Shown here: positions 55,440 to 64,000 of the stretch, piece by piece
Position numbering within the stretch: the first letter of the stretch is position 1
How the letters are laid out: every line of letters starts with the position of its first letter
Assembly (NCBI GenBank): GCA_965116875.1
Contig: OZ220733.1
Span: 3,392,001-3,456,000, forward strand
DNA from: Candidatus Latescibacterota bacterium
GTDB lineage: Bacteria; Latescibacterota; UBA2968; GCA-2709665
DNA length: 64,000 nucleotides
Reading direction: 5' to 3'
Made by a program: the position numbers and the translations under genes
The notes under the pieces: generated by a model
What the model was told of the DNA's origin: nothing
Seen by the model: only the letters and a program-made list of their open reading frames with translations
Database searches by the model: none

Positions 55440-56543
55440 ATGGAGGTCGTAAAGATGGCAGGTTCGGGGTGTGTTCGGGTTGGAATTCTGGGTCAGGGGC
55501 GAAGCGGACGCGACATTCACGCGGAATGGTTGTGCCGTTCGCCCGAGAAATATACCATCGTAGCCGTCTCTGATCTGCTGAGGGACCGCCGCGACCGCGC
55601 GGTACGCGAGTTCGGGTGCGACGCGTTCGCCGACTACAAGGACGTGCTGGCGCGGGAGGACGTAGACCTGGTCGTCAACGCATTGCCCAGCCATCTGCAT
55701 ACGCAAAGCACCGTGGAAGCGTTCCGTGCCGGCCGTCACGTCGTCTGTGAAAAGCCCGTGGCGGCAAGCACGGGTGACTTTCGCCGCATGGTGGCCGCGT
55801 CCCGGCGCTCGGGCAGAATCCTGGCGCCGTTTCAGCAGTCCAGGTACGCGCCGCACTTTCAACAGATACGCCGGGTGATCGACTCGGGCGTCCTGGGGAG
55901 AATCGTGCAGATCCGCATTGCGTTCAACGGATTCGCGCGCCGGTGGGACTGGCAGACCCTCCAGGAATTCAAGGGCGGCAACCTCCTGAATACGGGGCCG
56001 CACCCGATGGATCAGGCGCTCTGTCTGCTGGATTGGAAAAAGCCCGCCGTGCAATGCATCATGGACCGGACGAATACCTACGGCGACGCGGAGGACCACG
56101 TAAAGGTGCTGCTGCAGCGGAAGGGGTCGCCCACGATCGATCTGGAGATCTCCTCGTGCGACGCCTTTTCCGGGGACATGTACCGCGTCTACGGGACCCG
56201 TGGCGGGCTGGCGGGCGGTTCCGGCGGCGTCAGGTGGCGGTTTTACGATCCCGGTGCATCGCCGATACAGCGGCTGACGCGTACGCCGCTGCCCGGTCCG
56301 AGCTATTGCAGGGAGGAGTTGGCGTGGACCGAGGCGTCGTGGGCGCCCGATGAAGCGGAGAAGGATGCGTTTACGTTTATGTCCCGAGCGTTTTACGATC
56401 ATCTGCATCAGGTCCTGAAGGGAGGTGCGCCATTGTATATTACGCCCGAACAGGTCGCCGTGCAGGTGGCGGTGATGGAGGAATGCCACAGGCAGAATCC
56501 GCTGTCCAGGCGGAAGACAAGAGGCTGGAAAAACGGGAGTTAA
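55440..56543 (+). CDS. Gfo/Idh/MocA oxidoreductase
   Basis: GQGRSG, EKP, RWDWQT...GGNLLNTGPH.MDQ. Confidence 0.9.
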   Translation: MEVVKMAGSGCVRVGILGQGRSGRDIHAEWLCRSPEKYTIVAVSDLLRDRRDRAVREFGCDAFADYKDVLAREDVDLVVNALPSHLHTQSTVEAFRAGRHVVCEKPVAASTGDFRRMVAASRRSGRILAPFQQSRYAPHFQQIRRVIDSGVLGRIVQIRIAFNGFARRWDWQTLQEFKGGNLLNTGPHPMDQALCLLDWKKPAVQCIMDRTNTYGDAEDHVKVLLQRKGSPTIDLEISSCDAFSGDMYRVYGTRGGLAGGSGGVRWRFYDPGASPIQRLTRTPLPGPSYCREELAWTEASWAPDEAEKDAFTFMSRAFYDHLHQVLKGGAPLYITPEQVAVQVAVMEECHRQNPLSRRKTRGWKNGS

Positions 56544-56560
56544 TAAAAGAGGGATACGGC

Positions 56561-57661
56561 ATGGCGAGTTCCTGTCGGACGGTGCTGGTCGGTTGCGGGG
56601 GGATGGGCCGACAGCATCTGAAGATCATCCGGGGAATGCCCGATTTCGAAATTGCCGGCATCTGCGACGTGTTCGACGAAGCGATCGCGGACGCCGGTGA
56701 CGCGTTCGGGGTGTCCGGACGGTACTCCGACTTCGAACGGATGTACGACGAGACGCGTCCCGATCTCGTCGTGGTGGCCACCCAGACGCGGGGGCATCGC
56801 GCCCCCGCCGTGGCGGCGCTGCGGCGCGGGATATCCGTTCTCTGCGAAAAGCCGATCGCCATCGATCCCGCCGAGGCGGATGAGATGGTTGCGGCGGCTG
56901 ACGCATCGGGCGCGAAGCTGGCCGTCAACCAGCAGAGCCACGTGAGTTCGGCTGTATTGACGGCGCGCGAAATGGTTCGCAAAGGGGATATCGGGCAGGT
57001 TGTACTCGTGCGGGGGCGGAACAAGTCCGGGCGCCGGAGTGGAAACGAGTTTACGGAGATGGGAACCCACGTCGCCGACATGATGATGCGCTTCGGCGGC
57101 GTGCCCGCGTGGTGCTCCGGCAACGTCTGGTGTCAGGGGCGCCTGGCGAACGTCAGCGACGTGATGGAAGCAAAGGAAATGTCGCCGCGTGACAGGGATT
57201 CCGGCCTTGTGGCGGGCGACCGGGCAACGGCGCAGTACGGCTTCGAGGGCGGTGTCCTGGGAGAAGTCCACTTCCTGAGATTCCGGGCGGCGATGAGCGA
57301 AAATTACGGTGTGGACGTAATCGGAACCGAAGGTCAGCTTGCGGTCCGCGCTTCAGGCAGCGTTGCGCACGCGCTCTGGCGCCTTCCCAGGCCCATGGAA
57401 GGATTGCCGGGGGGTCGCGGGGACTGGGCGCCGGTGCCGTTGGGCGACTCCGAGGACGGCGACTCCATTGCCAGGATGTATCGCCGGATGGTCGCGGCGA
57501 TTGAGTCGGGGACGGACCCGCCCTCGAGCGGGGCCGATGCACGGACGGCGTTCGAGATGATCCTCGGTATCTACCAGTCACACAGGGAGGGCGGGCGCCG
57601 CGTGGCGTTGCCGCTTTCGGACCGCCGGCATCCCCTGGTTGCGTGGCGGAGTGAAACTTGA
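56561..57661 (+). CDS. Gfo/Idh/MocA oxidoreductase
   Basis: VGCGGMG, CEKP, EMGTHVAD. Confidence 0.88.
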   Translation: MASSCRTVLVGCGGMGRQHLKIIRGMPDFEIAGICDVFDEAIADAGDAFGVSGRYSDFERMYDETRPDLVVVATQTRGHRAPAVAALRRGISVLCEKPIAIDPAEADEMVAAADASGAKLAVNQQSHVSSAVLTAREMVRKGDIGQVVLVRGRNKSGRRSGNEFTEMGTHVADMMMRFGGVPAWCSGNVWCQGRLANVSDVMEAKEMSPRDRDSGLVAGDRATAQYGFEGGVLGEVHFLRFRAAMSENYGVDVIGTEGQLAVRASGSVAHALWRLPRPMEGLPGGRGDWAPVPLGDSEDGDSIARMYRRMVAAIESGTDPPSSGADARTAFEMILGIYQSHREGGRRVALPLSDRRHPLVAWRSET

Positions 57662-57681
57662 GACAGGAATCGGACGCAGAC

Positions 57682-58755
57682 ATGCCAATTGCCGAAAGCG
57701 TCAGGGCGGCGCGGGTCGAACTGGATGCTCACGTGCGGGACACCGTGGCATGGCATTTCGACCCGGAAACGGGCTGCCCGTTCTGGCTGGAATTCGCAGC
57801 CGGTCTTGACTTCGATCCGCGCCGGGAGATCGGGGGCTATGAAGATCTGAAGATCCTCGGTCATTTTCAGGACGAATGGCTGCGCGGCGGCCCCGTGCGC
57901 CGTTGGATTCCCCGCGGAAGCGCGGAAAAGCGGACGTACGTGTTCGAAACCGGCGGATCCACCGGGGTGCCCAAGTACCGGATCAGCCAGGACGACTTCC
58001 AGACCGACTACGAGATCTTCAGCAGGCGCCTTTCAGACGAGACGTTTCCCATAGGGGCCGACTGGCTGATGCTGGGTCCCACGGGTCCGAGGCGGCTGCG
58101 GCTGGCGGTGGAATACCTCTGCCAGATCCGCGGCGGCATCTGTTTCCTGGTGGACCTGGACCCCAGATGGGTCAACAAGCTGATCGCGCGCGGCGCCCTC
58201 CAGGAGCTGGAGCTCTACAAGGCCCACGTGATCGATCAGGCGCTGACCATTCTTCGTGCAAACGACAACGTCAGGTGCATGTTCACAACGCCGAAGCTTC
58301 TGGAAGCAATCTGCGAAAAGATTTCATTGAAAAAGGCCGGCATTTCGGGGATATTTTGCGGTGGGACCGAGATGGACGCACAGTTCAACCGGTTCGCGAG
58401 AGAAGAGCTGGTTCCCGGAATCGACTTCGTGCCCACGTACGGAAATACGTTGATGGGCCTGGCGTATTCCAAGCCGCTCAAACCCTCGGACAATTACGCC
58501 ATTACCTATTATCCTCCGGTCCCGCGGGCCGTGATCGAACTGGTGGACCCCGATCATCCTGACGAACCGGTGGAATATAACGCGGTTGGCAGGGTCATGT
58601 TGACAACCCTGACCCGTGAGTTCTTCATGCCGCGGTTTCTGGAACGGGACGAGGGCGAACGGGCCGAACCCATCGAGGCGTTTCCCTGGGACGGGGTGAG
58701 GAATCTGGGTCTGTTCTCCGAGATGCAGGAGTCTGTTGTCGTCGGCGTATATTAA
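57682..58755 (+). CDS. EhpF-like truncated ANL-superfamily adenylating enzyme
   Basis: WHF.PETG.PFWL, ETGGSTGVPK P-loop, PTGP, DLDPRWV, TTP, GGTE, YG.T, ERD, C-terminal GVY, as recalled for EhpF. Confidence 0.8.
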   Translation: MPIAESVRAARVELDAHVRDTVAWHFDPETGCPFWLEFAAGLDFDPRREIGGYEDLKILGHFQDEWLRGGPVRRWIPRGSAEKRTYVFETGGSTGVPKYRISQDDFQTDYEIFSRRLSDETFPIGADWLMLGPTGPRRLRLAVEYLCQIRGGICFLVDLDPRWVNKLIARGALQELELYKAHVIDQALTILRANDNVRCMFTTPKLLEAICEKISLKKAGISGIFCGGTEMDAQFNRFAREELVPGIDFVPTYGNTLMGLAYSKPLKPSDNYAITYYPPVPRAVIELVDPDHPDEPVEYNAVGRVMLTTLTREFFMPRFLERDEGERAEPIEAFPWDGVRNLGLFSEMQESVVVGVY

Positions 58756-58788
58756 CGGGAAGGCTCGACAGCGATCCACGAGGATGGT

Positions 58789-60213
58789 ATGAACCATATC
58801 CCGGTTTTGCGTGCGGGAAATCCCTATACGAGTCTGGACATCCAGGAAATCCCCCACGTTGGGACCGGAGAACCGCTGGTGAAGGTCAGCCAGGCGAATC
58901 CGGGTCTGATCGCGAGGGACCTCAACGCCGCGCACGCGAATAGACGGACCCTGGATGCGATCAGCGTTTCCGACCTTGCAGCCATTACGCGCCGCGCCGG
59001 CGGATTGTTCGCGGAGGCGGACCTGCCGCTGGATGGCCAGACGCAATCGCCCGGGGACTACGTCCGACAGGTCTCCGGGACAACGGGAATTCCCGAAACC
59101 CTTTGCCGGGAGAATATGGAAAAGATCCGGTTGGCCTGCAGCCGGATCGACGCCGTGCTTACCGGTCTGACTCGCGGGCTGGATCTGGCAGTACTGGATG
59201 AGGGGTGGGTTCCGGAGAACGGCCGGCCATTGAGCTATGTCCGGCAGGCCGACGCGCTTGGCGCCGTTTTGCCAAGCAATTCGCCGGGCGTGCATTCGCT
59301 CTGGATTCCGGCGGTTTCGCTGAAGGCGCCCCTCGTGCTGAAACCCGGTCGTGAGGACCCATGGACGCCGTACCGGATTGCACAGGCGTTTTTCGCCGCG
59401 GGATGCCCGGGCGAAGCGTTCGCCATCTATCCCACCGGTCACGCAGGGGCCAACGAAATCCTCCTGCGGTGCGGGCGATCCCTTTTGTTTGGGGGCGGCG
59501 CTACTGTCGCGCCGTGGCTGCACGATCCGCGGGTATCCGTCCATGGTCCGGGCCGCAGCAAGGTGATTCTGGGAGAAGACGTGGTGGAACGCTGGGAGGA
59601 TTTCCTGGACGTGATCCTGGTTTCCATCGCGGCCAACGGAGGACGTTCCTGCATCAATGCGTCCGGCGTGTGGACACCCGCGTGCGGACGCGAGATTGCG
59701 GAGGCGATTGCGCACCGGCTCGCGCGAATCGAGGCGCGGCCGCTGAACGACCCACAAGCCCGGATTGCCGCATTTTCCAATCCGGCCGCGGCCGCCGGGA
59801 TTTCCAATAGGATCGACGTCCAGTTGAATAGCGGTGGAGCGGAGGATCTGACCGCTGGCCTGCGCGGCGGCCGGCTTGTCGAACTGGACGGCCTGACGTT
59901 CCTGAATCCGACGCTGGTATGGTGTGAATCTCCGGATCACCCTCTTGCAAATACGGAATACCTGTTTCCCTATTCAAGCGTGGTCGAAGTACCGCAGGCG
60001 GAGGTGGCCCATCGGATCGGGCCCAGCCTGGTGGTCACGGTATTGACAGAGGATGAAGACCTGATCGGCGATCTGCTGAATTCGCCTCAAGTGGATCGAC
60101 TGAACGCGGGGCCGATTCCCACGAACCGGATCTCATGGGACCAGCCGCACGAAGGGAATCTGTTCGATCACCTCTACCGCCAGCGGGCCTTTCAGTTCGC
60201 CCGGGGAGCGTAG
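58789..60213 (+). CDS. ALDH-fold protein, acyl-reductase (EhpG/LuxC-like) type
   Basis: LPSNSP, LKP, GGRSCINAS (catalytic Cys), EYLFP; HGPGRSK where ELGGK is usual. Confidence 0.8.
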   Translation: MNHIPVLRAGNPYTSLDIQEIPHVGTGEPLVKVSQANPGLIARDLNAAHANRRTLDAISVSDLAAITRRAGGLFAEADLPLDGQTQSPGDYVRQVSGTTGIPETLCRENMEKIRLACSRIDAVLTGLTRGLDLAVLDEGWVPENGRPLSYVRQADALGAVLPSNSPGVHSLWIPAVSLKAPLVLKPGREDPWTPYRIAQAFFAAGCPGEAFAIYPTGHAGANEILLRCGRSLLFGGGATVAPWLHDPRVSVHGPGRSKVILGEDVVERWEDFLDVILVSIAANGGRSCINASGVWTPACGREIAEAIAHRLARIEARPLNDPQARIAAFSNPAAAAGISNRIDVQLNSGGAEDLTAGLRGGRLVELDGLTFLNPTLVWCESPDHPLANTEYLFPYSSVVEVPQAEVAHRIGPSLVVTVLTEDEDLIGDLLNSPQVDRLNAGPIPTNRISWDQPHEGNLFDHLYRQRAFQFARGA

Positions 60214-60223
60214 GGGGGCCCGG

Positions 60224-61339
60224 ATGGAACCCTTCGACCTTCATCCTGCGCCGCGAGTGATCTTTGGAGAAGGTGCGCTGGCGCGGCTTCCGGAGCTGGC
60301 GGAAGGACTGGGTGGAGGACGGATTCTGCTCGTGACGGATCCGGGGATCGTCAACGCGGGCATCGCGGACAGGGCGTTGTGCCTGCTGCGGGGAGCGGGG
60401 CGCGACGTCTTCGTGTTCGACAACGTGGACGAGAACCCGACGACGGTCCACGTGGACGCGGGCGTGGAGGCGGCCTCGGCGCACGGCGGGACCGGGCTTA
60501 TAGTGGGCCTGGGCGGCGGCAGCGCGATGGATTGCGCCAAGGGGATCAATTTCATTCTCACGAACGGCGGGCGCATGGAGGACTACCGCGGGATGGGCGG
60601 GGCGCGGCGCCCGATGCTGCCGTCGATCGGCATTCCGACCACCGCGGGTACAGGGAGCGAGGCCCAGTCCTTTGCGTTGATTTCCAGGCCGGATACCCAC
60701 GAAAAGATGGCCTGCGGCGACCTCAAGGCTCGATTTCGAGGCGTCATCCTGGATCCTGAGCTTGCCGCGAGCACACCCGGAAACGTGGCTGCCGCGACGG
60801 GTATCGACGCCATCGCCCATGCCGTGGAGAGTTGCGTGTGTACGCGGCGGAACCCGGTATCGAGAATGTACGCGCTGGAGGCGTGGCGTCTGCTCGCATC
60901 CGGATTCGAAGCGGCGCTGGCGCCGGCGGCCGGCCCGGAGGCCAGGGCCGCCATGCTTCTGGGCGCGCATTTCGCGGGGGCGGCGATTGAAAATGCCATG
61001 CTGGGCGCCGCCCACGCATGCGCCAACCCGCTGACCGCCCGGTACGGGATCACGCACGGCGTCGCGGTGGGCGTGATGCTGCCGTCGGTGATCCGGTTCA
61101 ATGGAGAAACGGATGGCGCGCGCTACGAATGGTTCGGGTTGACTCCCGTTGCGCTTGCGGAACGGATCGAACGATTCATGCGCGCGGCGAATCTGCCGCT
61201 GCGCCTTCGAGAGTTGCGCGTGGAAGCGGAACGCCTCCCGGAACTGGCGTCGGATGCGGCGCGGGAGTGGACGGGTACGTTCAATCCGCGGCCGGTCCGG
61301 GAAACGGACTTTCGGGCGTTATATGAAGAGACGTATTGA
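60224..61339 (+). CDS. Iron-containing alcohol dehydrogenase
   Basis: GGGSAMDCAK, PTTAGTGSE, DAIAHAVE, H...H metal ligands. Confidence 0.93.
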   Translation: MEPFDLHPAPRVIFGEGALARLPELAEGLGGGRILLVTDPGIVNAGIADRALCLLRGAGRDVFVFDNVDENPTTVHVDAGVEAASAHGGTGLIVGLGGGSAMDCAKGINFILTNGGRMEDYRGMGGARRPMLPSIGIPTTAGTGSEAQSFALISRPDTHEKMACGDLKARFRGVILDPELAASTPGNVAAATGIDAIAHAVESCVCTRRNPVSRMYALEAWRLLASGFEAALAPAAGPEARAAMLLGAHFAGAAIENAMLGAAHACANPLTARYGITHGVAVGVMLPSVIRFNGETDGARYEWFGLTPVALAERIERFMRAANLPLRLRELRVEAERLPELASDAAREWTGTFNPRPVRETDFRALYEETY

Positions 61340-62480
61340 GTTTTATGCCCGGCGAAAGTCGACGTGCCGGTGGAACGTTTTTCTCGCTTTCTGCGTCTTG
61401 TACATACCGGTTTCCGTCTGCGTGGCCGGCGAGACGTCCTGGCCGCGGTTTCGGGGCGATGCGCAATCCACGGGCCTCGCGCATGAATCGCTGTCCGACA
61501 GCCTGATTGTCCTGTGGGTCGCCCGCGTGCCGGAAGGCATCGAGTCCACCGCGGCGATCCGGGAGGGAACCGTTTTCGTTGGCGGGCTGGACGGGAATCT
61601 CTATGCGTTTGATTTCGTCACCGGCGCGTTGAAGTGGAAGTACTCCGCCGGCGGGGAGATAAAGGCTTCGCCGCTGGTGGCGGATCACACGGTTTTCATC
61701 GGAGATGGGGACGGTGGTTTTCACGCGGTGGACGCGTCATCCGGAAAGGGGTTGTGGACGTACCGGACGGGAGGAGAAATCATCTCTTCCGCCGCGGCGT
61801 ACGAAGCGCGGGTGATCTTCGGGTCCTACGATCAATTCCTCTACTGCCTCGCAATGGCGGACGGGACCCTGGTGTGGAAGGTGGAGACGGAGGGCTACGT
61901 TCACGGGTCGCCGGCCCTGTGGGGCGGCCGCGCACTCCTCGCCGGTTGCGACGGTCTGCTGCGCATGGTGAATGCGGCCGGCGGACGTGAAGTCTCAAGG
62001 GTGGAGTTATTCGATTACGTCGCGGCGAGTGTTGCCGTGCGCGGCGGAAGGGCGTACGCGGGTACTTTCGGAAACCAGGTCCTGGGTGTGGACCTGTCGA
62101 AAGCCAAAGTCCGGTGGCGGTACGAGCACCCCACTCGCAAGTTTCCGTTCTACGCGTCTCCCGCGGTCAACGAGAAACACGTCATTGTGGCCGGCCGCGA
62201 CAAAATGGTGCGCGCGCTGCGTCCGGACGATGGCGAGGTGATCTGGATTCGGTCGTTTCGGTCCCGGCTGGATTCATCGCCCGTGATTGCGGGCGACCGG
62301 GTGTACGTGGGCACGACCGGCGGGAGGATTGTGGCGCTGGATCTGAAGTCGGGCGAACCGGAATGGGAGTTCTCCACCGGCTCGGGAGTGCTGGCTTCGC
62401 CAAGCGTGGCCGGCGGCAGGCTCGTGATCGGAACGACGGACGGGATTTTGTATTGTTTTGGAAGTGAGGAAAGGGAATGA
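61323..62480 (+). CDS. Exported PQQ/BamB-like beta-propeller repeat protein
   Basis: Signal-like segment, WPRFRGD, repeated SSP...V.VG..DG.LYA.D..TG..W. Confidence 0.88.
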   Translation: MKRRIEFYARRKSTCRWNVFLAFCVLYIPVSVCVAGETSWPRFRGDAQSTGLAHESLSDSLIVLWVARVPEGIESTAAIREGTVFVGGLDGNLYAFDFVTGALKWKYSAGGEIKASPLVADHTVFIGDGDGGFHAVDASSGKGLWTYRTGGEIISSAAAYEARVIFGSYDQFLYCLAMADGTLVWKVETEGYVHGSPALWGGRALLAGCDGLLRMVNAAGGREVSRVELFDYVAASVAVRGGRAYAGTFGNQVLGVDLSKAKVRWRYEHPTRKFPFYASPAVNEKHVIVAGRDKMVRALRPDDGEVIWIRSFRSRLDSSPVIAGDRVYVGTTGGRIVALDLKSGEPEWEFSTGSGVLASPSVAGGRLVIGTTDGILYCFGSEERE

Positions 62481-63823
62481 GTACCCAGGTTCACGTCCCG
62501 GAGCCCGCGACCTCCAGGAAGGAATGGAGCGAAACCGCGGTCGGTAGCGTTTTCGTGTCCAACTATCCTCCGTATTCATTCTGGCGGGACGAGCACAATT
62601 CGCGGGTTGAGGCGATGTTGCAGGTTCCGGACCGGTCGGAGACGGAGGCGCCGCTCGGCCTGTATCTGCATATCCCGTTTTGCCGGAAACGGTGCAAATT
62701 CTGCTATTTTCGCGTGTATACGGACCGCAACAGCTCCGAGATCCAGGTCTATCTGGATGCGCTGGCCAGAGAGGTGGAAAACTACGCCGCTCTGCCCGGA
62801 ATTGCCGGACGCAGCCTGCAATTCGTCTACTTCGGAGGGGGTACGCCGTCGTATATCAGCGTGAAGCACCTGAAGGCGCTGGTGGACAGGCTGAAGGCCG
62901 TGTTGCCGTGGGACGACGCCGAAGAGGTCGCATTCGAGTGCGAGCCGGGCACGCTCACACAGCCGAAGGTGGCGGCCATTCGCGAGATCGGGGTGACGCG
63001 ACTGAGCCTGGGTCTGGAGAACCTGAATGACGAAATTCTGAGGGAGAACGGCCGGGCGCACGTGGGCAAAGAGATCTACCGGGCCATGGGCTGGGTGAAA
63101 ACGCAGGGGTTCGAACAGGTGAACGTGGACCTGATCTCGGGGATGGTGGGCGAAACGTGGGCGACGTGGAAGGAGACGGTGCAGGGCACGATTGACCTGG
63201 ATCCCGACAGCGTGACGATCTATCAGATGGAACTGCCGTTCAATACGACGTATTCGAAGTCGCTCCTGGATGGCAACGGTGTGACGGTTGCCGACTGGGA
63301 GACGAAACGGGCGTGGCACGCCCACGCGATCGACGCGTTCGGCGACGCGGGATACGAGATCTCAAGCGCATATACGATGGTCAAGAAGGGCCGCCCGAAG
63401 CGCTTTGTCTACCGGGACGCGCTCTGGCGGAGCGCCGATCTGATCGGCGCGGGCGTCGCTTCGTTTTCACACGTGGGCGGGATACACTTTCAGAATCACA
63501 CCCAATGGGACCCCTACGTCGACGCCTGCATGCAGGGTCGGCTGCCGCTGAACCGGTCCTTCGTTCCTACCGATGAGGAACGCCTGGTGCGCGAGATGAT
63601 CCTCCAGCTCAAGTTGGGCAGGATTGAAACAGCGTATTTTCAGGACAAATTCGGTCTCGATATTCTTCGGCAATTCGGTGATGCCTATCGAAAACTCCGG
63701 GAATACGGCATGCTGGATTTCGACGCAAACGAGGTCAGGCTGACTCGCAACGGATTGTTGCGGGTCGACCAGTTGTTGCCGGAGTTTTACGACGAAAAAT
63801 ACCGCGATTCGCGCTATACTTAG
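62477..63823 (+). CDS. HemN-like (class C) radical SAM enzyme
   Basis: NYPP, LYLHIPFCRKRCKFCYF, YFGGGTPS; ATGA overlap with upstream gene. Confidence 0.9.
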   Translation: MSTQVHVPEPATSRKEWSETAVGSVFVSNYPPYSFWRDEHNSRVEAMLQVPDRSETEAPLGLYLHIPFCRKRCKFCYFRVYTDRNSSEIQVYLDALAREVENYAALPGIAGRSLQFVYFGGGTPSYISVKHLKALVDRLKAVLPWDDAEEVAFECEPGTLTQPKVAAIREIGVTRLSLGLENLNDEILRENGRAHVGKEIYRAMGWVKTQGFEQVNVDLISGMVGETWATWKETVQGTIDLDPDSVTIYQMELPFNTTYSKSLLDGNGVTVADWETKRAWHAHAIDAFGDAGYEISSAYTMVKKGRPKRFVYRDALWRSADLIGAGVASFSHVGGIHFQNHTQWDPYVDACMQGRLPLNRSFVPTDEERLVREMILQLKLGRIETAYFQDKFGLDILRQFGDAYRKLREYGMLDFDANEVRLTRNGLLRVDQLLPEFYDEKYRDSRYT

Positions 63824-64000
63824 GGAATATCGAATATCACACCTGTCCAAGACATAAACCAACCTTGTACCGGTGTGGTCGGCGTTCTCGAGAACGAGGG
63901 CATGCAGGTTATTGGTCTCCTAACAGCGGTTTAATGACGTCCAATGAACCATATAACGCGTGGTCATTGAGCTTGTCGAAATGCCCGCTATTCAAAAGCC

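Noticed and set aside
62477-63823. Assigning hemN or hemW
   Set aside because: Family is clear but the operon context is non-heme; specific function not decidable by eye
1-64000. tRNA, rRNA, integrase or prophage genes
   Set aside because: None recognised by eye; a covariance-model scan would be needed to exclude small RNAs

Overview
GC-rich bacterial chromosome window. The ECF-sigma fusion, dockerin/EF-hand-type secreted protein and many Gfo/Idh/MocA and heparinase-like genes suggest a Latescibacterota/Poribacteria-like organism (inference only). Family calls come from recognising motifs by eye; no searches were run. Layout: (1) 1-28.4 kb is mostly plus-strand catabolic/housekeeping genes plus two near-identical IS110/IS1111-type elements. 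The complete copy is 23450-25027, with 12-bp subterminal inverted repeats and a CT core. Its 3' non-coding end holds a loop matching its insertion target 10/10, and an empty copy of that target lies at 50975-50990. (2) ~28.4-45.9 kb is an accessory/defence region: low-GC islets, a composite REP array, a four-gene Zorya type I locus whose ZorD lacks a visible nuclease domain, Uma2/DUF262/IS3/IS21 remnants, and a 51-aa ORF missed by the ORF track, with an RBS-occluding leader, operator-like palindrome and terminator. (3) 45.9-64 kb has polysaccharide/glycosylation genes, LarA, and a five-gene operon (EhpF-like adenylating enzyme, Glu-less ALDH, Fe-ADH, PQQ-type propeller, HemN-like radical SAM) with no phenazine genes in the window. 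The best candidates for undescribed biology are that operon, the small-ORF unit and the IS bridge-RNA/target pair.
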